A stretch of DNA of 63,703 nucleotides, filler included, from Octopus bimaculoides (Eukaryota): assembly GCF_001194135.2 (NCBI RefSeq). It is 8 parts of 6 records of this genome, joined end to end, with 100 filler letters (N's around TTAATTAATTAA, not from the genome) between each part and the next. Parts side by side here need not be neighbours in the genome. Positions count along the whole stretch, not along the records: positions 12,097 to 20,775 come from NC_068985.1; positions 20,876 to 29,273 come from NC_068984.1; 6 more parts are not named here. One strand, given 5' to 3'. Each line of letters opens with the position of its first letter. Position 1 is the stretch's first letter. Of the stretch, positions 14,387-26,712 are shown piece by piece. The notes beneath the pieces are model-generated. The model searched no databases, had not been told where the DNA came from, and saw only the letters and a program-made list of their open reading frames with translations. Both the position numbers and the translations under genes were made by a program.

Positions 14387-14660
14387 TATATATAAATAGA
14401 CCATTTGTGCGGATTGTTCAGCAAGAAATTGCAGAACCATCTTTCTCGGACTATGAGAGCCAACCATAATCATGTATGTATGTATGTATGTATGTATGTA
14501 TGTATGTATGTATGTATGTATGTATGTATGTACGCACGTATGTATGTGTGTACATGTATGTACGTATTTATGTGTGTACGTATATATGTATGTACGCACG
14601 TATGTATGTGTGTACATGTATGTATGTATGTATGTGTGTATGTATGTATATGTATGTATG

Positions 14661-14765
14661 TCAGTATTCAGTTTTATTTCAAGATTTCTTGCCAATAGAA
14701 AAAGGGCCGGTTTCTAATCTAGCTCCAAGGTTTCTTCATTGGAATTTCAACAACATCAACAGGGT
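14661..14765 (-). mobile_element. (CATA)n-embedded short element, copy 2
   Basis: tcagtattcagttttatttcaagatttcttgccaatag...ggaatttcaacaacatcaacaggg between (TATG)n tracts. Confidence 0.8.
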
Positions 14766-14924
14766 ATGTATGTATGTATGTATGTATGTATGAACGTACG
14801 TATGTATACGTGTAGATTTGTATGTTTTGTTTTATGTATGTCTTCTCATGAATATATTTGCGTATCTAGACGTGCTCATATGTACTTAAATGATAAACTT
14901 CTGAAAAGTTTTACAGATTTTTAC

Positions 14925-15413
<489 letters not shown>

Positions 15414-15987
15414 TTCCAGTGATGGCTTGGATCGAACCATTGAGCCATGTATTTTCATTAAGTGCAGCTGATCCTCAGTACTCTTTGGTACCACACTGTT
15501 TCAAATGTTTTGATTCTGGCAATGTTACTTTCCCTTAGGGTCTAGCTTTCTGTCTATACAATGCAACAGGCCGCCAAACTAGTATCTTCAGAAGCTTAAA
15601 TTCGATGTCCTTGTTAAAAATTCTATCTTTCTAGATTCTATTGGCTGATTTTTTTTTAACGCTGATCTTAGTACTCTGAGCCGTGGTCTTATTTCATAAC
15701 CTTTTTCGAAATAACAACACCTTTCTGTTCAGTTTTATTAATATTTACATTTATCTTCAAAAGATGTCCTATTAACAACTCTTTTCATTTCAGTTCCTTT
15801 TCTCTCTTTCCTCGATGAAGTTCAATTAATATCTGTTTCTGATGCATTGAATGCAAAGAAGCGCCTTTATTTTTTCTAGGGAAGATCATAGCAAGTTATC
15901 AAACAATGAAATTAAAATGGTGTTAAATAACACCTTGATTGCTCGTGTGTAGGTCATTGGAAAGTAGGCTTTTCTCCATCACTCGCC

Positions 15988-16018
<31 letters not shown>

Positions 16019-16288
16019 GTTTTTACTGACTTCACATGGACGTGCCTCTGTGTATGTATGTATGTGAGCGTGTGTGTGTGTGTGTTGTGAGCGTGTGTGA
16101 GCGCGTGTAAATATGTGTTTTGAGTGTCTCTTTTTCTCTGACTGCTAATGTGCGTGTGTCTATTCTCTCTGAGTGTGTGTGTGTGTGCGTCTGAGTGTGC
16201 ATTTCCGTATGTGTGTGTGTGTGTGTGTGTGTGTGTCTGAGCGCGCACATCTCAGTGTGTGTGTATGTCATTCTTTTTCACATGTGCG

Positions 16289-16343
<55 letters not shown>

Positions 16344-16904
16344 CCGTAGTTATATTAATAAAACTATTATTCACATCAGCAACGCCAGAGGTAAATATTA
16401 TTCACATCAGCAACGTCGTTCCAAAGATAATAGCTGACGGGAAGAAGGAAAGACTGGTTGACGACGGCGATGAGTATAGTATGGCGGAGGTTAATGGTGG
16501 TGGTGGCNNNNNNNNNNNNNNNNNNNNNNNNNNNNNNNNNNNNNNNNNNNNNNNNNNNNNNNNNNNNNNNNNNNNNNNNNNNNNNNNNNNNNNNNNNNNN
16601 NNNNNNNNNNNNNNNNNNNNNNNNNNNNNNNNNNNNNNNNNNNNNNNNNNNGTGGATGAACAAAGAAAAAATTTGGGGTAGTAACGACGACGACGACAAT
16701 GATAACGATGATGACGACGACGACGATGGTAATGATGACAACGGCGGCGGCGGTGACGACGGCGACGATGATGGTGACAAAGACGACAATGATGATGATG
16801 ATGATAACGATGACGATGATGACGAGGACGACGACAACGAAAATCACGACAACGATAATGGTGACAATAGCGATGATAACAACAGCAACAACTTCAACAA
16901 GATT

Positions 16905-17075
16905 AGCAATTTCGGGGGTGTGGGGGTAAGTCGATTACATCGACCCCAGTACGCAACTGGTACTTATTTTATCGAACCCGAAGGAATGAAAGGCAAAGTC
17001 GACCTCAGCGGAATTTGAACTCAGAAAGAACGTCAAGACGGACGAAATGCCGCTAAGTATTTCGCCAGCTCGCAG
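16905..17075 (-). mobile_element. SINE family B
   Basis: gtcgattacatcgaccccag...gaaaggcaaagtcgacctcagcggaatttgaactcaga. Confidence 0.85.
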
Positions 17076-17174
17076 CCTTAATCGTAAGTAATATTATTGA
17101 TATTTACCTAATAATCAAAGGAATTGCTTAGTAAAATCGTTTCTATTTCTAATATTCTCATTCTGTTCCTGGCA

Positions 17175-17635
17175 CAATGGTTCTCAGCCACGTAGTTTTC
17201 ATATTGGGGAACAGTTGATAGTCAGATGGGATCAAATCAGGAGAATAGGGTGGATGATCAACCAGTTCAAAACCAATCACGCACAGCAGCCTCTGAAACC
17301 AAGGACTTGCGTGCTGGAGTATTGTTCTCAGGGAACAAGACCCCTTTTGTCAGTTTTCCTGGGCGTTTGATCTTGATAGCCTTTCGTAACTGCCTCGGCA
17401 AGTTGGCATAGCACCCTCCATTGATGGCATGGCCTTTTTGAATAAACACAATTTCTTTTGCAATCGAAGAAACTGTGGCCATCGCCTTCCCTGCAAATGA
17501 AACGACCTTGGCCTTCTTTGGAGCAGGTAGGAGGGGTGTTTCCAGTACATGGATTATCTTTTTGCCTCTGGGTCAAAGTGATGAACCCAGCACTTATCCT
17601 GGGTTAGGAAACAAATTCAACAACTTCAAACACCA
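17175..17635 (-). mobile_element. Mariner transposase C-terminal remnant
   Basis: WVHHFDPE...PKKAKVVSFAGKAMAT...YANLPRQLRKAIKIKRPGKLTKGVL...NTPARKSLVS; frameshifted. Confidence 0.85.
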
Positions 17636-18009
17636 ATGTATTGCAAAAAATGTATATGTACAAAGAGATGTAGTGTGTGCGTGCGTGTCTGTGTGTTTAC
17701 ACACACATATATGTACATACATGCATGCATACATATATCCACACACACACAATATATACTCATTTTCCTTCATGCCTACACAACGTCCAGAACGTATTAT
17801 GAATGAACAGACGCTTTATTGTTTGAATACTCGCTATACCGTGGGCACCCCACGAATTATTGTTACTGAGTCGGCGGTATTTGCCTTTCATCCTTTCAGG
17901 GTCGATTAACTAAGTACCAGTTACGCACGTGATCGAATATCCCCCTCCCCCAAAGTTCAGGCCTTGTGCCTAGAGTATTGTTATTATTATGATTATTGAG
18001 TGAGAAAGC

Positions 18010-18175
18010 AGTGCATGCCATCAAAGTGACNNNNNNNNNNCCTAGCAACACTATTTTCTGAAGTTCTCCCACGTTAACACTGCAAGGGAGGTTGTGGAGC
18101 TGCTTATCAAGGCCCTTTTTAATTAGCCCTAATGCTCCAATCACCACTGGTGCTGTGCTGCTTTTCATTCCCCAT
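18010..18175 (-). mobile_element. R4/Dong-type LINE C-terminal fragment
   Basis: TAPVVIGALGLIKKGLDKQLHNLPCSVNVGELQKIVLL; its 5' junction is in (AAT)n. Confidence 0.8.
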
Positions 18176-18210
18176 TATTATTGTTATTCTTCTTCTTATT
18201 ATTATTGTTG

Positions 18211-18284
<74 letters not shown>

Positions 18285-18513
18285 TTATGTTTGACTTTTG
18301 TTTTGCATTTGTACAAGTTGGATCCAAGTCTCACCCAGAGACCTCAAGAGACAACAAGTTAGAAGTTCATGTAGGTGTTATGCCTAGGGTACCATATATT
18401 TGGATTTGTACAGTTTTGTTCAAGTGAATGTTTAAGAAACCATAAGAAAATTATGTGTTTGCTTTAAAATTTGAGATCACATAGACAGTATTTTACGTAG
18501 GATATGGGCAGTT
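18285..18513 (-). mobile_element. R4/Dong-type LINE 3' end with (TAA)n tail
   Basis: TAHILRKILSM*, then 3' UTR ...gggtgagacttggatcc...aaacataaaataataat. Confidence 0.85.
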
Positions 18514-20119
18514 NNNNNNNNNNNNNNNNNNNNNNNNNNNNNNNNNNNNNNNNNNNNNNNNNNNNNNNNNNNNNNNNNNNNNNNNNNNNNNNNNNNNNNN
18601 NNNNNNNNNNNNNNNNNNNNNNNNNNNNNNNNNNNNNNNNNNNNNNNNNNNNNNNNNNNNNNNNNNNNNNNNNNNNNNNNNNNNNNNNNNNNNNNNNNNN
18701 NNNNNNNNNNNNNNNNNNNNNNNNNNNNNNNNNNNNNNNNNNNNNNNNNNNNNNNNNNNNNNNNNNNNNNNNNNNNNNNNNNNNNNNNNNNNNNNNNNNN
18801 NNNNNNNNNNNNNNNNNNNNNNNNNNNNNNNNNNNNNNNNNNNNNNNNNNNNNNNNNNNNNNNNNNNNNNNNNNNNNNNNNNNNNNNNNNNNNNNNNNNN
18901 NNNNNNNNNNNNNNNNNNNNNNNNNNNNNNNNNNNNNNNNNNNNNNNNNNNNNNNNNNNNNNNNNNNNNNNNNNNNNNNNNNNNNNNNNNNNNNNNNNNN
19001 NNNNNNNNNNNNNNNNNNNNNNNNNNNNNNNNNNNNNNNNNNNNNNNNNNNNNNNNNNNNNNNNNNNNNNNNNNNNNNNNNNNNNNNNNNNNNNNNNNNN
19101 NNNNNNNNNNNNNNNNNNNNNNNNNNNNNNNNNNNNNNNNNNNNNNNNNNNNNNNNNNNNNNNNNNNNNNNNNNNNNNNNNNNNNNNNNNNNNNNNNNNN
19201 NNNNNNNNNNNNNNNNNNNNNNNNNNNNNNNNNNNNNNNNNNNNNNNNNNNNNNNNNNNNNNNNNNNNNNNNNNNNNNNNNNNNNNNNNNNNNNNNNNNN
19301 NNNNNNNNNNNNNNNNNNNNNNNNNNNNNNNNNNNNNNNNNNNNNNNNNNNNNNNNNNNNNNNNNNNNNNNNNNNNNNNNNNNNNNNNNNNNNNNNNNNN
19401 NNNNNNNNNNNNNNNNNNNNNNNNNNNNNNNNNNNNNNNNNNNNNGTGGTGGTGGTGGTGGTGGTGGTCGTCGTCGTCGTAGTAGTAGTAGTATAGGAAC
19501 AAACTCTATTATGTATGTGTGCATTCAGGTATGTATGTATTATGTGTGTGTATTAATATCTGAATATAACAATGTCTGTAGCTCAATAAAAGACACGTAG
19601 AAAGTATAAAATGTCCGACCTCGTAAATAAAATAGATATTTCCCATTGAGCCAGATTAACACTTGAATCCTTGTCATATGAACAACACAACTACAATTAG
19701 ACAGCATGCGATAACAATGTATTTGCCTTAGTGCACATAAATAATATATGATGAGTTACAAACATAGACATAAGGCCATAAATTTGCAACGTCGGTTATA
19801 TTATTGATTATATCGGTCTCAATACTTCATTGATACTTTATTTTATTGACACTTGAACAATGCATGACAAGGTTGAATTTCTGATGATAGAGGAGCATGA
19901 AATACAGCAAGGTATTTGTTTGGAGTTTTATCGGTCCTGTCAACACTCGGTGTTATAGAGCTAATGGGAAAGCTTCAATGTGATCGGACTATATATATCG
20001 TCATGCTGGTAACTATATATTCTCGTGAAGGGAACTAATATACATATACACATGCGCCCATACACACACACAAAACGCATATAGATGTATCTATGTATGT
20101 ATGTGCGTGTGTATACACA

Positions 20120-20280
20120 CATAGAAGGGAAATAAAGAAAGCTTTACAAAAAAGTTTTACAATGACTTTTATATTTCTTGGATTGCGTCTTTCTGAGGAT
20201 GGGCTTTTGCGCCCGAAATATAAAAGCTTTTGTAAGACTTTCTGTATTCTTAGAAACTTTCTTTATTTGCCTTTCCTTTT
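20120..20280. mobile_element. Fold-back element, probably derived from a Penelope-like terminal repeat
   Basis: Imperfect inverted arms (agggaaataaagaaag / ctttctttatttgcct; cttttatatttc / gaaatataaaag) around a hammerhead-like core. Confidence 0.6.
20189..20226 (+). ncRNA. Minimal type I hammerhead ribozyme-like motif
   Basis: CUUU-CUGAGGA-U-GGGC(UUUUGC)GCCC-GAAA-UA-UA-AAAG. Core CUGANGA/GAAA intact, 4-bp stem I, 4-bp stem II, palindromic AUAU stem III, AUA cleavage triplet. Confidence 0.6.
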
Positions 20281-20465
20281 TCTACTTCTGTACTACAATG
20301 CTTCAAGCGAACTACAACGTTCTTTTTTGTATATATATATATATATACAAAATATGCCTCATCTTCGAAACGCCTAGTTTAGAATAGAGGCAGTTGTGTG
20401 AGTGTGTGTGTATATTTGTATATATGTTTGTATGTATGTATATACATATGTGTGTATGCGTATAT

Positions 20466-20775
20466 GTGGAGGCGCAATGGCCTAGTGGTTAGGGCAGCAG
20501 ACTCGCGGTCATAAGATCGCGGTTTCGATTCCCAGACTGGGCGTTGTGGGTGTTTATTGAGCGAAAACACCTAAAGCTCCACGAGGCTCCAGCAGGGGAT
20601 GGTAGCGAACCCTGCTGTACTTTTCCACCACAACTTTCTCTCACTCTTTCTTCCTCTTTCTGTTGTACCTGTAATTCAAAGGGCCAGCCTTATCACACTG
20701 TGTCACGCTGAATATCCCCGAGAACTACGTTAAGGGTACACGTGTCTGTGGAGTGCTCAGCCACTTGCACGTTAA
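20466..20775 (+). mobile_element. SINE family C (tRNA-derived, ~380 bp), 5' part
   Basis: A box tggcctagtgg and B box ggtttcgattcc; body identical in layout to 45905-46283. Cut by a gap. Confidence 0.9.
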
Positions 20776-20875
20776 NNNNNNNNNNNNNNNNNNNNNNNNN
20801 NNNNNNNNNNNNNNNNNNNTTAATTAATTAANNNNNNNNNNNNNNNNNNNNNNNNNNNNNNNNNNNNNNNNNNNN

Positions 20876-21180
20876 GAGTGTTTATTGAGCGAAAACACCT
20901 AAAGTTCCACGAGGCTCCGGCAGGGGATGGTGGCGAACCCTGCTGTACTCTTTCACCACAATTTTCTCTCACTCTTACTTCCTGTTTCTGTTGTGCCTGC
21001 AATTCAAAGGGTCAGCCTTGTCACACCGTGCCACGCTGAATATCCCCGAGAACTACGTTAAGGGTACACGTATCTGTGGAGTGCTCAGCCACTTGCACGT
21101 TAATTTCAAGAGCAGGCTGTTCCGTTGATCGGATCAACTGGAACCCTCGACGTCGTGAGCGACGGAGTGCCAACAACAAC
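20876..21180 (+). mobile_element. SINE family C, 3' part with (CAA)n tail
   Basis: ...ggaaccctcgacgtcgtgagcgacggagtgccaacaacaac. Confidence 0.9.
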
Positions 21181-21282
21181 ATAGCAACTGTAGTGGGCGA
21201 ATGCTGGTGGCGGTTGTAGAGGTGAAAGTAACGACGGCAGTGTTGAGTATATTGTTGTGGTTAATAGTGACGATATTTGTTA

Positions 21283-21445
21283 TAGGTGCAGGCTACGTGG
21301 TGAAGAAGATCGCTTTGCAGCCATGAGGTTTTAGGTTCAATCCCACTGCATGACTCATTTGGCAATTGTCTTTCATTAAAGCCCCGGACCGACCAATACT
21401 TTGTGAGTGAATTTGGTTGGAGAAAGCTATGTGGGAGTCCATCGT
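21283..21445 (+). mobile_element. SINE family A, old 5' half
   Basis: Degenerate match ggttcaatcccactgc...gaccgaccaatactttgtgagtg. Confidence 0.65.
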
Positions 21446-21577
21446 ACACACACACACACATCTATATATCCCAAATGATTGATACGGAAGATAGACTGTA
21501 CTGAAAGCTTTATTTAGGACAACGATCGTTTCGTCTTACCTCTGCACTACTACCTAGTGGGTGGTGAACAATATATG

Positions 21578-21775
21578 TTCTTTTATTTGTTTCAGTCATT
21601 TGACTGCGGCCATGCTGGAGCATCGCCTTTAGTCGAACAAATCGGCCCCAGGTCTTACTCTTTGGAAGCCTAGTACTTATTCTATCGGTCTCTTTTGCTG
21701 AACCGCAAAGTTACGGGGGACGTAAACACACCAACATCGGTTGTCAGGCGATGGTGGGGGAGACAAACATAGACA
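21578..21775 (-). mobile_element. SINE family A, 3' half
   Basis: ttgtttcagtcatttgactgcggccatgctggagc...gttgtcaggcgatgg. Confidence 0.88.
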
Positions 21776-21783
21776 AACAAGCA

Positions 21784-21784
<1 letters not shown>

Positions 21785-21828
<44 letters not shown>

Positions 21829-21841
21829 CTCTATCTCGCTC

Positions 21842-21896
<55 letters not shown>

Positions 21897-21947
21897 CGCT
21901 CTCTATCTATCTATCTATATATCTATCTATCTAGATATCTACCTATC
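21785..21947. repeat. (TATC)n microsatellite
   Basis: Direct inspection. Confidence 0.95.
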
Positions 21948-22337
21948 NNNNNNNNNNNNNNNNNNNNNNNNNNNNNNNNNNNNNNNNNNNNNNNNNNNNN
22001 NNNNNNNNNNNNNNNNNNNNNNNNNNNNNNNNNNNNNNNNNNNNNNNNNNNNNNNNNNNNNNNNNNNNNNNNNNNNNNNNNNNNNNNNNNNNNNNNNNNN
22101 NNNNNNNNNNNNNNNNNNNNNNNNNNNNNNNNNNNNNNNNNNNNNNNNNNNNNNNNNNNNNNNNNNNNNNNNNNNNNNNNNNNNNNNNNNNNNNNNNNNN
22201 NNNNNNNNNNNNNNNNNNNNNNNNNNNNNNNNNNNNNNNNNNNNNNNNNNNNNNNNNNNNNNNNNNNNNNNNNNNNNNNNNNNNNNNNNNNNNNNNNNNN
22301 NNNNNNNNNNNNNNNNNNNNNNNNNNNNNNNNNNNNN

Positions 22338-22398
<61 letters not shown>

Positions 22399-22519
22399 TG
22401 AGAGAGAGATCTTTAAAAAATTCTCCTAACCACTTCACGTTTTTCAAACTTCCGCCTGAATTTCTTTAAGATTTTTCGATTGTATCTGGAGAATATGAAT
22501 CAGTTTGCATTGTTTAAAA

Positions 22520-25500
22520 AAAAATTTTTTTTTAGGAGAATCCAAGCATTTCTTGGTTTTTGTACAGGTCTGTTGTTACGTAGCCCAGTGCACCTATGAA
22601 CAAATGAAATGTGTTGTCTGTATATAAGAGGCGTGGGGTTCTCATTAATTCTCAATAAATGTTCTCGTTTCCCCCAAGTTTTGAAGAGACGTTCATACCC
22701 ACTGGGTTACTGATCTCTACAACGGTGCACTACTTTTGTTCCCTGTCCTATTCAACTATATTTGACCTGTCATGCTTTCACCGAGTTACTGTTCTTATTG
22801 GAATGCTCAGTACTCTTTGTTTGTGCATACTGTCTGGTTGGGGTGCACCATTGGTATGCAGTCCGGACAATCCTTCCTGCATATATCATTGTAGACTAAA
22901 GAAGAGTGTTGTAATTTGCTCGAAACATTGTTGTACAGAAATAGAATAATGAATAAAATGAGAAATAAGGGAGGTTTCTAACAACGCAGAAAGTTTTAAA
23001 ATCTTTATGTTTCAGGCACAAAGGCCAATCTTCAGAAAAATACAATCAAAGAAATGTGTGTTTACATAAATCTTGCCATTTTGGATAGCCTGAGAAGAGG
23101 GCGTCATTGTCCATCTGGCTATTCAAAATGGCAGGATCTATGTGAACAAGCATTTCTTTGACTGTATTCTTCTAATGATAGGTCTTTGCTGCGAAATATA
23201 ACAGTTTTTAAAACTTTCTGCAATGTTAGAAGCTTTCCTTATTCCTCATTTCATTCATTATTCTACCATTGTAGACTGTCCCGCGACAATGTCATGTCTC
23301 GTGGGAAGTTAGTAACTTGCGAACATTCTAAGACAGTTGTTGATGGATACGGCTGATGTTCTTCACATTAGCATGGCACAATCAACGCTTTCTGTCACAG
23401 GGTTGGGGTTTAGAGATATCTCTATCGCTTTAGTAACTAATTCCTGCTCTTCGATACCAAAAGCACAGCCGTCTCGGTGAGATGTGCTGTATTTTTCAAA
23501 GGTCTAAGAGAAGTTACTATTCCTCTCAATGTTGTGGGCAGTCTCTAACATGTAGGATATGCATTCATACATAACTTTCTGCTGGTATGATGAGTAATTT
23601 CTCTTCCAAGTTTCTGTTTAAGTAGGTCAGTCCAGCCATACTTGGTTCACATGAAGTAATTGTTTAGGAGTTCTGCACCGATTCTCATGATGTCTATTAC
23701 CTTCACTATTGAGTACACAAGTGATGTATTCATTTCTCTCTTTACTTTTCTGTAGGTATGGTCTAGGTGACAGAATGCAGCGCTCGAAGGCCTCCTGAAC
23801 AGATTTTATGTACCTACATCCATCCCTCCGTTTAACGTAGATCCTGTCAGAGTTAATATTGATGTAGAAGTTAGCAGGATCATCAACAAGGAAGGTGTGA
23901 GTGAAATTGATCTTTTTTTCATCAGCAGCTCCTATTATGCAGCCTTTGCATTTCCCTAACAGGACTGAAAAGGGAGTCCTCTGCTAGGACAAGATAAGCT
24001 GTCACTCTGAAATATTCCTGTTGATTACCTAATTCTGTTAGTTACTGTAGTGGCAGCTTCAGTTCTTAACGATAGCTCTGTGGAGCATGTTGTCAACCCT
24101 TTAATGGCGTTAACTATAGCAGATTGACTCAATCATGCATGAATGAAGAACTCTATCATCCATGAGTGAGGAACAGAGTCAAACGCCATTTTATAGTCTA
24201 CTCACACAGTCAGCAAATTTCGACGGTACTATTTCGTTTCCTTAAGAACAGCTTTGTTGATGAGGAGTTGTTCTTTCCTTTTGTCCGTTCTTCAGTCACT
24301 CCGTTGTGTGTTTCGCATTGATCCTGGACGGAAGCATTGGAGCAACCTGTGTATAGTCTACACATCACTTCCATGTACGCTATCGGCTTGTAGCTATTGG
24401 GGCACATTGGTCTCCTGGCTTTTAGCTCCTAAAGCTGTACGTGCAACTGCCAACCAGTCTGATGCATCAGTCTCAGCGTTCATTGTTCTTTTGAACAAGT
24501 TAACGAGGGCCGCTCAGTAGAACGTGAGATTTCTATACTAATAATCAACTACGAGGTCTTTACCAGGTGATTTGCCGTTTGGTAGTTTTGCAATAACTAT
24601 CAGGAAAGTTTCATTGTTGATACTAAAAGTTTAGGAAGAGACTTTTGCACAGTATTCGCTCCATCCAATCACATTGCATATTGGTTTTGTTTGCTTACAT
24701 TCCGGATCTTTAATCGAAACGACACGAGATCATCCGAGATGGAGTTTTTACAATTTTGATGGCATGACCTTTCATACTCCGATACACTCCTTTTAGATTT
24801 ATTACACACTTGCAATTAATGAATCTTCGTTCTCAAATATGTTTTTTTGTTTTTATTTATTTTTAAAAAAATTTAACAACTAAATTCTTCAATTACCGCT
24901 CGCTGTTCATGTTTAAGGATAATTAATATGGTCGCCAGTGTTTCTTGTCGACGGTTTCCATAGACTTTAGATAATCCATCAGAAAGTAGCAGCTGCTAGT
25001 TCCTGAATTTATTATTCGTTTTGCACTTCAATGATAGTGTCTAGCAGTCCAATATTTTCCCTTAATCCATTTTGGTCGTTTCTTCTCACTGTTGTCGATC
25101 TTCACTACTCCCATCTGCTTGCAAATAGTAAACGCATCACAACATAACAGAACACTCAAAGCCTAAAAGTTAGGATTTTCAATCTCTGCTAATTATTCTT
25201 TTGCTCTTTAGTCTATCGCGGATAACATCATGTTGGTCGGTTTTCTATCGATTTATGTTGTAATTGCCTTTCATGTAATAGTTTTGTTAATGTAGATGAA
25301 GTTTTGTTTGAATTTTATTGTTAAGTGTTCTTTCAGTAGTTTGTATTATTCTTCACTCATTATTTCTGTTTGTTCGTTTTCTGTATTGCTCGCTCGTGTA
25401 ATGGCAGCATGCTCGTCTCAGCAATATTGTTATCGCATCAGTTATGGTCCGGATGGTTTACGATCTTCTCTGGAGAAGAATTCATTGGTTTCTGGTCCAG

Positions 25501-25530
25501 CTCTTATTTACTGTGTGATTTTGATTGTCT
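22520..25530 (-). mobile_element. Near-complete decayed R4/Dong/NeSL-type non-LTR retrotransposon ORF (RT + zinc knuckle + RLE)
   Basis: Minus-strand remnants in order: TICKQMGVVK...KRPKW (N-term), KLPNGKSPGKD, QLLINKAVLK, VDYKMAFDSVPHSW, TGIFQSDSLS, THTFLVDD, LCHANVKNISRI (CCHC), then across an insertion GTVYNDICRK, KHDRSNIV..DREQKxCTVVEIS, FIGALGYV. Many stops. Confidence 0.88.
22898..23266. mobile_element. Palindromic insertion within the LINE, with hammerhead-like cores in both arms
   Basis: Arms of ~155 bp (22936-23090 vs 23118-23271) are inverted copies. An 11-bp direct repeat cattgtagact flanks the insertion (22887-22897, 23267-23277). Confidence 0.8.
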
Positions 25531-25547
25531 GTGGAGATAACATTATT

Positions 25548-25900
25548 TTATTCTTTTATTTATTTGAGTCATTTGACTGCGTTCATGCTGGAGCACCGCA
25601 TTTAGTCGAACAAATCGACCCCAGGACTTATTCTTTGTAAGTCTAGTACTTATTCTATCGGTCTCTTTTACCGAACCGTAAACACATCAGCATCGGTTGT
25701 CAAGCGATGGTGGGAGTACAAAAATAGACACACACACACACACACACAAACACACNNNNNNNNNNNNNNNNNNNNNNNNNNNNNNNNNNNNNNNNNNNNN
25801 TATATATATACATATATATATACGACGGGCTTCTTTCAGTTTCCGTCTACCAAATCCGCACACAAGGCTTTGGTCGGCCAGAGGCTATAGTAGAAGACAC
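25548..25900 (-). mobile_element. SINE family A spanning a gap at its internal microsatellite
   Basis: 3' half at 25548-25730 and part of the 5' half at 25822-25900. Confidence 0.85.
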
Positions 25901-26609
25901 ATACGTATGAATGCATACAACCAACACTTATTTACATACATATCTATATGCATATATACATACATGAAACGATACACATTCACGAGAGTGAAAAATGTGA
26001 GTGTATTTTCAGATAGATATACGTATGTATATACATACGTGTGTACATTAGTGTTAAATAAAAGTATTTGTATATGTGTATAAGTGTGCCCGCAAGTGAA
26101 TCTTCTTGGTTTAATAGCTTCTCTTAATGACTTGTAAAGCAACTGTGACAAAGCCACGACAGTAATGCTATGCAGCCAAAATTAAGTCTGCAAGCGGGCA
26201 GGTTTTGGTCTCCTGCTTAGGAAGTGACCATATACCACTGATTCCCTTTGAGCTGGAACGGTAACAGACACAACAGACAAGTAATTGTTCAAGTTTATCA
26301 TTCTATGACATTATATCTTAGAATGTTAGTTTATTTTCTTAAAAGTCAAGGCAAGACTGTGGATAAGGATGAAATGAATAAGGGGTTTCTTTATTTTTTT
26401 ATTTCTATTATTAGTAATTTATTTTTGGTATTTTTCTCATTTGTATCTCTTTATGTTTCTGTGTTATTCTTTGTCAATGGAATGCTAAAAATAACATAAT
26501 GGTGTGGATGTAAAACAAAAAGAAACTAAAGATGATCTAGCAATTCTTTGGATCCTACTCACCTGACGACGTGCATGCATACAACTATTGTTGGATCATA
26601 CTAATGTAA

Positions 26610-26712
26610 TAATCTTTTCTACTCTAGGCACAAGGCAGTCGATTAGTACGCAACTGGTACTTAATTTATCGACCCCCGAAAGGATGAAAGTCGAAGTCGA
26701 CCTCAGCGGAAT
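26610..26712 (-). mobile_element. SINE family B fragment
   Basis: ctggtacttaatttatcgacccccgaaaggatgaaagtcgaagtcgacctcagcggaat. Confidence 0.8.

Noticed and set aside
16365-16415. 20-bp direct repeat tattattcacatcagcaacg with an 11-nt spacer
   Set aside because: Only two units, in a eukaryotic context: a local duplication, not a CRISPR array.
20466-21180. Apparent tandem duplication of SINE family C
   Set aside because: The two overlapping parts flank an artificial linker gap. They are most likely one locus assembled twice (alleles) or two joined contigs.
26560-26590. Minus-strand CAG|GTGAGT
   Set aside because: No polypyrimidine tract or upstream exon-like ORF; weaker than the 34413 site.
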